From an uncultured bacterium (GTDB lineage Bacteria > UBA8481): a DNA stretch of 64,000 bases. The notes under the pieces are model-generated. The model did not search any database. It had not been told where the DNA came from and worked only from the letters and a program-made list of their open reading frames with translations. The position numbers were made by a program, and so were the translations under genes. Positions within the stretch are counted from its first letter, which is position 1, and each line of letters begins with the position of its first letter. Shown here in pieces: positions 43,664 to 53,300 of the stretch. Location: assembly GCA_964499705.1 (NCBI GenBank), contig CAZCME010000003.1, positions 1-64,000 of the forward strand. Direction: 5' to 3'.

Positions 43664-44691
43664 CAGCGTCTCCGCGCGAACTGCTGCGCGCCCTCACCGC
43701 CTCGCGGTTCGTCGGCGCCGCCGTGGTCTTGCTCGTTCTCCTGTATCTCGCCGCGCTCTGCGCGCCGCTCCTGGCGACGAATCATCCGGATGCGATCATG
43801 CGGAACCGAGACGGAGCGGCCATCTCGCTTCATCCGCCCATGGGGATCGGGCTGGATGGTTCGGGATTGTATTTCGACAGGACTCAGAAGAGCCAGGACA
43901 CGTATTCGTACGCGGTGACCTACAAGTCCATCGAGAGATCCCGGCTTCACTTTTTCAACGATGGCCGCCTCGTCTCCGGAGAAAGCTTTCTTCCTCTCGG
44001 CACGGATTCCCTGGGGAGAGACCTCTGGGCGCGCATTGTGTACGGCTCGCGGGTTTCCCTTTCCGTCGGATTGATCGGCGTTGTCATTTCCATGATCATC
44101 GGGTGCATTCTCGGCGGGATCGCGGGAATGGCGGGCGGATGGGTCGATAATCTCATCATGCGTTTTTCGGAGATGGTTATGATGGTGCCCGGGCTTTACC
44201 TCCTGCTGACGCTCGCGGCGATCCTGCCGAAGGATCTCGATTCCTCCGAGCGGTATGTGCTCATCGTCATCGTCCTCTCGACCCTGTCGTGGGCCGGCCT
44301 CGCACGCGTCATCCGCGGCATGGTGCTCTCGCTCCGGGAACGAGATTTCGTCCAGGCCGCGTATGCGGGAGGCGCCGGCCCGTTCCGGATCCTCGTGAAG
44401 TATATTTTGCCGAACACGACGTCGTACCTGATCGTCGCCGGAACATTGCAGATCCCCGGGTATATTCTCGGGGAATCGGCTTTGTCGTTGCTGGGACTCG
44501 GGATCCAGGAGCCATCCGCGTCGTGGGGGAACCTTCTTGTGGATGCGAAATCGGGGTCGGCGATCGTCCTGGCGCCCTGGTTGCTCTTGCCGGGACTTTT
44601 CATTATCGTGGCGATCGTTCTTTTCAACATCATCGGCGATGCGCTCCGCGACGCGCTGGATCCCGGCGCGGGAGCGTTCCTGCAGCGATGA
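43660..44691 (+). CDS. ABC permease (OppC/DppC-like)
   Basis: LGTDSLGRD, ESALSLLGLG and GDALRDALDP motifs. Confidence 0.93.
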   Translation: MTASPRELLRALTASRFVGAAVVLLVLLYLAALCAPLLATNHPDAIMRNRDGAAISLHPPMGIGLDGSGLYFDRTQKSQDTYSYAVTYKSIERSRLHFFNDGRLVSGESFLPLGTDSLGRDLWARIVYGSRVSLSVGLIGVVISMIIGCILGGIAGMAGGWVDNLIMRFSEMVMMVPGLYLLLTLAAILPKDLDSSERYVLIVIVLSTLSWAGLARVIRGMVLSLRERDFVQAAYAGGAGPFRILVKYILPNTTSYLIVAGTLQIPGYILGESALSLLGLGIQEPSASWGNLLVDAKSGSAIVLAPWLLLPGLFIIVAIVLFNIIGDALRDALDPGAGAFLQR

Positions 44692-44712
44692 GACAGGGAG
44701 AAGGAGAATTTC

Positions 44713-45741
44713 ATGAGTCATTCTGAAATGCGCATCGGCGACAGGATCATCGGGGGAAACCATCCCGCATTCGTCATTGCGGAAGCGGGATTCAATCACA
44801 ACGGCTCGCTGGATCTCGCGATCAGCCTGATCGACGCGGCGGCCGACTCAGGCGCCGACGCGATCAAGTTCCAGTCGTACACGACGCGGGAATTTCTCCA
44901 CGCGTCGGTGAATTACGCGCACTTCTTCGAATCGGCCCGCCTGGACGAAGCCGCGCACCGCGGTTGCATTGAACACGCGAAAAAGCGCGGGATTCTCTTC
45001 GGCTCGACTCCGCTCGACACAGGATGGATCGCGACTCTGCACGGTCTCGGCGCGGACTTCCTGAAGATCGCGTCGATGGACCTGACGTCTCCCACGATCC
45101 TGAATGCCGCCGCCGCGACGGGCCGCCCGGTGATCTGCTCCACGGGGCTCGGTTCGATGGATGAAATCGGGGAAGCCCTGCGGATCCTGGAGGAGGCCGG
45201 CGGGCAGGAGATCGCGCTCCTGCATTGCGTTTCGCTCTACCCGACTCCGATCGCGAAGGCGAATCTACGGGCCATGCAGACCATGCAGGCGACGTTTCGG
45301 CGACCTGTCGGATTTTCCGATCACACCCTGGGCATCGATGTTCCGCTCTGGGCCGTGGCCGCGGGCGCCTGCTGCATCGAGAAGCATTTCACCCTGGACA
45401 AGACCATGCCCGGTCCCGATCAGAGCCAGTCGCTCGATCCGCAAGAATTCAGGAAGATGGTGGACGCCATAAGGACGCTCGAGTCGGCGCTCGGCGGCGG
45501 AGACAAGGAACCCTGCGACGAGGAAAAACCGCTGATCCGGAAAACGCGGCGCGGCCTGGAAGTGATACGGGATGTCAAGAGTGGGGAACAGGTCCGGAGG
45601 AGCGATTTCCGAGCCGTCCGGCCGGTCGCGGATCCGGACGGGATCATGGCGTGGGAGGAAGAAACGCTGACCGGTGGACGTTATGCGCGCGACATCGCGG
45701 CGGAAACTTTGCTTCGGCATGGAGATATTTCGAAGGCATAG
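44713..45741 (+). CDS. N-acetylneuraminate/nonulosonate synthase family protein (NeuB/SpsE) with SAF domain
   Basis: IAEAGFNHNG, KFQ, KIAS, LHCVSLYP, GFSDHT and IEKHFT motifs. Confidence 0.92.
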   Translation: MSHSEMRIGDRIIGGNHPAFVIAEAGFNHNGSLDLAISLIDAAADSGADAIKFQSYTTREFLHASVNYAHFFESARLDEAAHRGCIEHAKKRGILFGSTPLDTGWIATLHGLGADFLKIASMDLTSPTILNAAAATGRPVICSTGLGSMDEIGEALRILEEAGGQEIALLHCVSLYPTPIAKANLRAMQTMQATFRRPVGFSDHTLGIDVPLWAVAAGACCIEKHFTLDKTMPGPDQSQSLDPQEFRKMVDAIRTLESALGGGDKEPCDEEKPLIRKTRRGLEVIRDVKSGEQVRRSDFRAVRPVADPDGIMAWEEETLTGGRYARDIAAETLLRHGDISKA

Positions 45742-45809
45742 AGCGTCGATTAGAAGGTATCATCTATTCCTATCACAAACACCTTGAGCCGATGCCGTAG
45801 TGGCGTTCT

Positions 45810-47825
45810 TCACTGGCCCAGACAATCACGGTAGCGCGTGTTCAAATCCGGAAGAAGCGCCTCCATCCGCGAGATCTGCCGCCGTGTCGCGCTGATCATT
45901 CCCTCATGGAATTCGATGTCGTCTGTGAGAAATTCCCGTTCACGAGCGCACTGCGATAGCAGGTCTTCCTGTGCCTGCCTGGCGGTTTCGTATTCCGCAT
46001 CCGCACTGCGGGTCGCGGCAGAGGCGGCATCCACGCGCGCCTGGTATCGCGCCGTTTCTTCATCTGATGCATAAGAGGCCGGGGGATTGGCCAATATATC
46101 GCGCTCCCTTTGCGCCGCGCGCCGCCAGGCATCACGCGCGTTCTCTAACGCGTCACGCGCCGCATCTTCATTGGTCTCGCACTGCGTGTTGAGCGCGTTC
46201 AGCTGCGCCTCGCTTGTCTGCTTTCCATCCTGATTCTCCGCAAGCAATCTCCGCTGCTCCGCGAGATCGGCTTCCGTCTGCCGGATTTCGTTCAGGATCG
46301 GCTGGCAGTGGCGCGCCCCGCCGCCGGCGCCAGTCGTGGCCAATCCGGTTCCTCCGCCTGGCCCGCTCGATCCCTCACCGCAATCGATCGAGCATGGATC
46401 TCCGCTCTCGAGCGCGTCGCGCTTCGCGCTCGCATCATCAAGGTGAAGTCCGCGGAACCAGGTTCGAATCCGCCCGATGGCACGGTTGATTTCGGTTCTT
46501 CCCGCGGCGCCCCTGCCAATCGTGACGTCATTGATTTCGTGCGCGAGTGAAGGGAGCGGCGACCGGACAGGTTCGGTGTTCCAGAGTCCGCCGTCAACCC
46601 ATGCCCCGTTCCGGCAGACTTCGATTTCCCTGCAATCGAACGTGATGTGTTCCAACGGTACGACGGCTCGCACGTTGACGTTAGCATGGGCTGCTCCCTG
46701 AGCCCAGCGATCACATGCATCCGCCAATCGCTGGCCCAGGCGGAGAGCGTTCGTGGCATATGCGGCCGGCAATTCGCCAGGCGATCCGGGGATATCGATA
46801 CCCGCGACGTCTCCCGCCACCACGCCTCCGACATCCGCCGCAGGGCCTCCCGTAACATCTCGTGCCGCAACTCCACCCGCGCCTTGGACGACGTTCCATG
46901 CGTTCACGACGTCTCCCAGCGCGGACGCCATGTTTCCGAGAGCTTCCCGCGTGGCGTCGTCGGCATGCTCGCCATACCCTACGATCGGCGTGATCTCGAT
47001 GGTGGGCGCTTCCACGGTCGGTGCGTCGAAGGCGCACGACTTGACGATCGTCTCGTTCTTCCAACGCCAGGCATCTTCCTCGCACCCGCCTTGGTTCACG
47101 ACGGTGCTGATATCGAGGAGAACCGTGATACCCGCCGCGAGCGTGAAGACACCTCCGCCTGACACCCCGCAATATTGCCCGCTTCCCAGCACGATTTCGC
47201 TTCCCGTGTCCGAAGAGTATGCGATCGCAGCTCCGGACGTGGCGCTGCTCATTCCGGCGGTGGGCTGGCCAGATGGGCGCGAAGTCGGTCCGACCGCCGC
47301 CGCGATCGGAGCGACGATCTTGGGCTGAGTTGAGGCTTCCTCTTCGGATTGAGGCGCGGGCCGACTGGTCGGAGCGGACGAAGACGTACTCATTCGAGCG
47401 GCGATCGCCGCGGCTTCAGGCGAAGAGGGCGGAGCCGTTGTTCCGTAGGCGATCGCTCCGGTTTTCGCCCTGGAACGCTCGGCAAGCCTTTTGGCATAGT
47501 CATAATAGCTGGTCTGCGGGCGATAGGTCGGCGTAACGCTGGATTGAAGACCCTTCAACACCGTGATGCTGATGCAGGGGCGAGAGACAGAAATCGTCTT
47601 GCGCGTGCCGGGCACCACGATGTCGCGCCGGATGAAATTATCCCCTTCGATGGTCACTGTGGCGGGATAGGCGGCCGCATTTGTGATGGTCGCGGCCGCG
47701 ATAAATATTTCTCCGGCAGCCGCATCGGCCGACTTGCTTTCCGCTCGAAGCGACGAACCATTGCATACTGCCACCGCCAGCAAAATCGCGCCCAAGATTT
47801 TTTCGGTTCCAGCAGGACTGCTCAT
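45810..47825 (-). CDS. Exported hypothetical protein, Cys-containing, with C-terminal coiled coil
   Basis: Hydrophobic N-terminus, Pro/Ser/Ala linker, paired Cys residues and a heptad-like C-terminus; AGGAGG RBS. Confidence 0.7.
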   Translation of the reverse strand: MSSPAGTEKILGAILLAVAVCNGSSLRAESKSADAAAGEIFIAAATITNAAAYPATVTIEGDNFIRRDIVVPGTRKTISVSRPCISITVLKGLQSSVTPTYRPQTSYYDYAKRLAERSRAKTGAIAYGTTAPPSSPEAAAIAARMSTSSSAPTSRPAPQSEEEASTQPKIVAPIAAAVGPTSRPSGQPTAGMSSATSGAAIAYSSDTGSEIVLGSGQYCGVSGGGVFTLAAGITVLLDISTVVNQGGCEEDAWRWKNETIVKSCAFDAPTVEAPTIEITPIVGYGEHADDATREALGNMASALGDVVNAWNVVQGAGGVAARDVTGGPAADVGGVVAGDVAGIDIPGSPGELPAAYATNALRLGQRLADACDRWAQGAAHANVNVRAVVPLEHITFDCREIEVCRNGAWVDGGLWNTEPVRSPLPSLAHEINDVTIGRGAAGRTEINRAIGRIRTWFRGLHLDDASAKRDALESGDPCSIDCGEGSSGPGGGTGLATTGAGGGARHCQPILNEIRQTEADLAEQRRLLAENQDGKQTSEAQLNALNTQCETNEDAARDALENARDAWRRAAQRERDILANPPASYASDEETARYQARVDAASAATRSADAEYETARQAQEDLLSQCAREREFLTDDIEFHEGMISATRRQISRMEALLPDLNTRYRDCLGQ

Positions 47826-47934
47826 TACCCCCTCCTAGATTGATTCATCATAACCCGCTTGCGATCAGAAAATGCATGCAAATCGCGGCGGAAACTTTGC
47901 TTTGCCGCGGGGATATTATAGAATCCGGCGGATC

Positions 47935-48435
47935 ATGAGCGCCGAAGATTGGGAAGACAAGAACGATCCCTGGCCCGATGCCGACGATGACGGCCCTGCC
48001 GCATCGAAAGCGTCGAAGAACCGGTACCGCCCCGTCGTGCTCCGCCCTTCGAAGGTGCGCGAGATCGTCCGGAAATCGTCAGGCAAGCGCGTCGCTTCCG
48101 ATTTTGTCGCGTTGCTCGATCAGATGGTTGTCATCGCGATCGAAAAGCTTTCGACCGTGCACGACGGCGGCACGAAAACGCTCTCGGCGCGGCTGCTCTC
48201 CACTTGCCCCGTCCGCATGACGTCGATCGCTCCCATCGGCGATTCTATGCTCCTGCGCCGCAGGAAGAAGAAAGTATCCCGCGCGGACAATTCGAAAGAC
48301 AAGGCGACGATCGTGCGGAAGGTCCAGCCGGTATCGAAATCGCGAACGGAGGCCGTCGGAGCGCCATCGGGCCGCAAGGCGAAGCCGCGGAGTTCCTCGA
48401 TCGGCACCGAGCAGGGAACGCTTTTCCCGGTCTGA
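47935..48435 (+). CDS. Candidate histone-fold protein with acidic N-tail and basic C-tail
   Basis: The core RPSKVREIVRKSSGKRVASDFVALLDQMVVIAIEKLSTVHDGGTKTLSARLL fits alpha1-L1-alpha2-L2-alpha3 spacing. C-terminus EQGTLFPV. Confidence 0.7.
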   Translation: MSAEDWEDKNDPWPDADDDGPAASKASKNRYRPVVLRPSKVREIVRKSSGKRVASDFVALLDQMVVIAIEKLSTVHDGGTKTLSARLLSTCPVRMTSIAPIGDSMLLRRRKKKVSRADNSKDKATIVRKVQPVSKSRTEAVGAPSGRKAKPRSSSIGTEQGTLFPV

Positions 48436-48450
48436 TTCCCGGCGTGCGGC

Positions 48451-48708
48451 TTATCCGCCGATGAAGAAGAGCGCGATCCCGGAAAGAATCGCGGCGGTCG
48501 ATATCAGGAATACGATCCAATTCCATGGCCGACCCAGTCTCCCGGCGCCTGGCTGCCATCCGGGCGTGATGATCATGTAATGGAGCGACACGATCACCGG
48601 GATCGCGGCGATCACGATGGTGATTTGCGCGGCCGTTCGCGACAGATGGGGAAGAATCACCGACAGAAGGACGGCGGTTCCCACGAGAATCAGGGGGTAT
48701 TCGTACAT
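48451..48708 (-). CDS. Small membrane protein (3 predicted TM helices)
   Basis: 85 aa with three hydrophobic stretches; HYMIITPGWQP loop. Confidence 0.7.
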   Translation of the reverse strand: MYEYPLILVGTAVLLSVILPHLSRTAAQITIVIAAIPVIVSLHYMIITPGWQPGAGRLGRPWNWIVFLISTAAILSGIALFFIGG

Positions 48709-48808
48709 GTATCCCGTTTCGGAATGTCCTGAAGAGAAGAGCCTGCGCCGCGATTTCATGAGAGACATCCTACAGCAGGGGCTACGGAGATCAAAATACT
48801 CCCCGGAG

Positions 48809-50224
48809 TCAGCGCGGAGGTTTTTTCTTCAGCGCCGCGACGCGCTCGATGGCGTTCCATAACGCCTCGGAAATCGGCTCGCCGCTGGAGAGCCGGAGAA
48901 TCAGCCGACCCGGGGAGATCATCTCGGCCGGACGAACTTCCTTGAAGAGAGGGAGCATGACGATCGCCACGACGAGACGCAGGACGGACGAGACGATGAA
49001 GACGACGGGCAGGGAAGAAATGAACACGAGATCCCAGCCCCAGAAGGAATACGATGAAGGAAGATGCTCCGCGAGGTAGCCGCCGACGACCGTTCCCCCG
49101 ATCACGGCGAAGATGCCGTTCACGACGCTGTAGTAGCCGATGACGCGAGCTCTCTTCTCGGACGTGACCGCGTCGAAGATGTAGTTCTGCGTCGCGATTC
49201 CGAATCCGCTCCAGGAGAGCCCGGCCAGGACCTGGATCGCGAGCGTCCCGTAAAAGCTCGTGGTGAAGGCCCATAGCAGAGGCATGACCGGGAGGAGAAA
49301 ACCGGTGGCCACGAGGACGGCGCGATTGCCGTGCCGGTCGCCCATGTTGCCCCACCACCGGATGGAGAGCGTCGACGCGAGCAGGAGGACGGCGGAATTG
49401 ATCGTGAACTCCGTGTAGGAGAATCCGAGATCCCGGAGCATGTATGCGGCGAAGAAGGGACCTGAGATCATGATAGCCCCGTTCATCAGGGCCGCGTAGA
49501 ACGTGAACTTCATGAAGTTCGATTGCGGCGTCCGGCGCAGAAAATTCCAGAAGGAGAATCCCGCTTCCACGGACGGTCGATAGGGCGCGTCGTAGTGCAG
49601 GGAGAGGAGCCGCGCCGACCAGAGCCTCGACACCATGGCGACCGTGAAGAGCGCCGCGAAACCGCTCCACGCGTGCCCCGCTTCCTGGAACCGGTCGAGG
49701 ATGAATCCCGCGAGGAGAGTCGCGACGAAGATGACGAGGATCACGATGCGCGCGCGGTGCCCGAAATAGTCGCCGCGTTTCTCGGCAAGAACGACATCTC
49801 CCATGAGACTCGTCCACGCGGGAGCCACGCCCGATCCTCCCACGACAAACAGGACCGTCGTGACGATCACGGCGGGCACCGCGATTTCCGGATAGGGAAA
49901 GAAAAAAGGAATGAGGAAGAGCGGGATGAAGGAGAGCGCCTGGAGAACGACGAAGGGGACGAGGATCGAGAGACGGCGTCCTTCGCGCGGAGACTCGTCC
50001 TTCATGGCGCAACGATCCATCAAGGCCGAGGTTCCGACCTGGGCGAGCGAACCGAGGAGCGCCGGCATCGTGGCGATCACGGCGACCGCGAAGTTACCGG
50101 CGTGCAGGAAGAGCGCGAACGGGATGATGTAGGTGTTGCCGCATCCCTCCATGACGGACCAGAGCATGCCTTCGCGGATGGACAGCGCGAGCGTCCGTGT
50201 TTCCCTGGCGTGAGTTGTGGGCAT
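48809..50224 (-). CDS. MFS transporter
   Basis: About 12 hydrophobic segments; WTSLMGDVV...RGDYFG.R and WG...DRHGNR loop motifs. Confidence 0.9.
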   Translation of the reverse strand: MPTTHARETRTLALSIREGMLWSVMEGCGNTYIIPFALFLHAGNFAVAVIATMPALLGSLAQVGTSALMDRCAMKDESPREGRRLSILVPFVVLQALSFIPLFLIPFFFPYPEIAVPAVIVTTVLFVVGGSGVAPAWTSLMGDVVLAEKRGDYFGHRARIVILVIFVATLLAGFILDRFQEAGHAWSGFAALFTVAMVSRLWSARLLSLHYDAPYRPSVEAGFSFWNFLRRTPQSNFMKFTFYAALMNGAIMISGPFFAAYMLRDLGFSYTEFTINSAVLLLASTLSIRWWGNMGDRHGNRAVLVATGFLLPVMPLLWAFTTSFYGTLAIQVLAGLSWSGFGIATQNYIFDAVTSEKRARVIGYYSVVNGIFAVIGGTVVGGYLAEHLPSSYSFWGWDLVFISSLPVVFIVSSVLRLVVAIVMLPLFKEVRPAEMISPGRLILRLSSGEPISEALWNAIERVAALKKKPPR

Positions 50225-50321
50225 GGGGTATGGATCATAGCTTAACAAAAGCCGAAACCCTAAATCCCAACATTAACCTCCGCGGGATAATCTCAGGATT
50301 CGGGCTTTGGGATTTCGAATA

Positions 50322-53300
50322 TCAGATATCGTCATCCATGGGCGTGCCTCCGCGCTTGCGGAAGGGCTTGTAACTCTTGATGAAGTCGATATCGCGTTTC
50401 CGCATCGCGTCGCGGACATCCTCCAGGGCCGCGAAATAATCGGATTCGGCCGGGGCGGACGCGAGAACGGTCTTCCGCTCGGCGTCCGTCAGCTTGTTCC
50501 AGACGGCGCTCACGGAAAAGAGGATTTCCTGCTGCTTCAGGAGCAATGCTTCCTTCTGCGCGGGATCGGCGGAAGCCTCGATCGCGTTCGCGAGCTCCTT
50601 CATGTTGGACGCGTTCGTGATGAGGCATTCCTTCAGCGATTGCTTCACGAAGCCTTCCATCTCCGCGATGTGCTTCTCGATGACGTGATTCATCGCGTCG
50701 TCGTGGTCGTCCAGTTTCCGCCCCAGTCGCTCCTCGAAGACTTCGCTCCAGGGTTTGCCCTGCTTCCTCATGTTCATCTCGCGGAAGAGACGGAGCTGCT
50801 CCGGCGTGAACCGGCCGCCGAGCTTCTCGGCCATCCCGACGAATTCGCCGTGGATGCCGCCGGTTTTCGCGAGATTGGCCTCGATCTGATCGAGCGTCAG
50901 GTCGTTGGCCATCTTCATTCCGGCGTCGGACTGGATGATGCGCGCGAAAAGGACGCGCAAGCCGTACTTCGCGAGCGATTTCGCGTAGTCCATCCGTTCG
51001 CCGCTGTGGGCGCCGACCATCTTCAGGTTGTCCATCACCATTTCGAGTCCCATCCAGGGCTCGAATTTCACGTGGCGATAGAGCTCGCTCTGGTACGTCA
51101 TGTCGTCGTTCATGTCGGCGTCCTTCGCGCGTCCGCCGAGCTTGTTCAAATAGTGGAGAAAGCGGAGCGCGCCCGTCGAGAGATAGCGCTCGGGATCGCT
51201 GAGGTCCCTCATGAGCGCGTCGAGCGTCCGCTTTCCCTCGGCGGCGACGGCCTCGGCCGTTTTCGGGTCCTTGATAAGCTCCAGGAGGCCCGCGACCGTG
51301 TGGCCCGCGGCGGTCAGGCGCGGCCGTTCGTCCGCGAAGCAATGGATGTCGAACTCCTCGGGCTCGAAGCCGGTCTTCCTCCTGAAATACTCGTCGTAAC
51401 CGCTCTTCACCCTGGCGCGGGTCGGGAGATCGACTCCTTCTTTCAGGATGATCGTGAAGTCGAGGTCGCTGGAGAGCCTCTTGTATTCGGGCCAGTCGGG
51501 GCGCGCTCCGGATCCGGTGTAGATGAAGCGCTCGACGTGGGGAGCGAGGCTGGGATTTTCCGCCAGGAATTGCCTCTGGGTGAATTCGAGGAGCTCGCGG
51601 CGGGCGGCGTCCAGCTTCAGCTCGATGTTCTTCGGAAGCTCCCCCTTTTTCTTGGCCTTCAGAAGAGCCGCCATCGGAAGTTTCCGAAAGAGCTCCGCGT
51701 GCGCCGCGATCCGGTGCTCGCCTTTCTTCCCGGAGAGGTCCGCATCGTATTCCTCCATGATCTCCCTGATCATCCGCTCGTTCAGGGGATTGAGATAGAG
51801 CTTCAGCTTTAGTTTCAGGCTCGCGATCAACTTCGCCGCGGTCGTAATGCCCAGCTCGTCCTTCAGCTTCGAATTCGAAGCGTCGGCGAGTTCCTGCTGC
51901 GCCTTCTGAAGCTGAGCGAGCGCGTCCATCGCCTGCCAGTATTCGCGCATCATGGTTCGCGCGGCCTGGAGCTTCTTCCAGGCCGGCACATTGACCTTCT
52001 CCGGGATATGCGCGTCGATTTTCCGCAGGAGATTGCGGGACGTCTTGTTCATGAGGGATCCCGGATCGTCCGTCTGGACCTGCTGGACATTCACGAGCGC
52101 ATTCGCGAGGAAATCCGCGTATTTTTCGTCCACGCCGAAGTATCCCATCAGGATTCCCTTCTGGATCGATTCCTGCTCCACCTGTTCCGCGGCGGCCCGC
52201 AGGATCTGCGTGGAGGCCGTTCGCAGTTTCTCCGGAGTCAGCTCGCCTTTCGTGAGCGACGAGAAGGGATTGATCCGGCCCCAGGCGAACTGGAGGAATC
52301 CGTTGAAGCCGTTCCACGACGAGAAGATCGCGCGGACATTCGCGAGGGAGACAGGAGCATTCCTGACGGCGGCCGGACTGATGTAGCGCGTGAAGAAGGC
52401 GGTGTAGAGGCCGCCATTCCCGAGCGAGACCCACGTGTTGATGCCGATCTCCTTCGCGTGCTCGTAGGAGAGATCGTTCGCGAGCCACGCGGACAGGCCT
52501 TTCGCCGCTTCCGGTTCGACGTTCTCCAGCTCGCGGGCCGTCGCGACCGCGCCGTCGAAATCCAGGACGGCGACGCGGTCGAGGAGCTGCTGCTTGAGGA
52601 TCTTCGGCAGGTTGCTTTTCGCCTGGATCGAGGAGACGCGGTGAAGGAGCGCGATCTTGAAGGCAAGCTGCTGCCGCTCGGACGGATCCTCCACCTTCGC
52701 TATCTCCGCATGCAGCATCTCCTCGTGCTGCGTCGTCCGGATCGCCCGATGCCGCTCGAGAAACGCCATGTAATCGGGATTGCGCTCCGCGAGAACGTCG
52801 TGGAGCTGGTAGTTCTGCGGGAGATGCTTCTGGAGATAGTCGAGATCCCAGTGGATCTTCAGGAGGCGTGGGCGAAAACCTTCCATCTCGTCGAGCTGAC
52901 CGCTGCGTTCCGCGAGGTAATCCTCCATCGAGTCATAGTTGCCGCGCGCCGCCTGGCAGTACGTCTTCCACGTGCCGAGCGGATCGAGCATGCGCTTCAG
53001 GAGCGGATCGCCGCCGGTCGCGGAACGGCCTTCGCGCATGTTGACCGTGATGCGCATTTCCTTCCAGACAAGGCGGCCGTGCTTTGCGGCGATGCGGAAT
53101 TCGAAATCGAGGAGCTGATCGTAATCGTCGGCCATGCAGGCGGCGAATCGAAGGAGCCCTCCCGAGGTCACCTCGTGAAACATCCGGTTGTCATCCAGGG
53201 CGATGAGCTTTTTCTCGTCGAACGGCGCGGCGTATTCCTTCGTGAGCCAGTCTCCGAGCTGCCTCGTGCCGGCGGCGTCGAGTTTGCGGACAGCTTCGAG

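Noticed and set aside
50322..50345. C-terminal MDDDI of the giant protein resembling an SSB tip
   Set aside because: It lacks the essential terminal Pro-Phe and is likely coincidental.
50322..51560. CBASS/CD-NTase defence system interpretation of the NTase motif
   Set aside because: No Cap effector or ancillary genes are adjacent, and the protein appears exported and far larger than CD-NTases.
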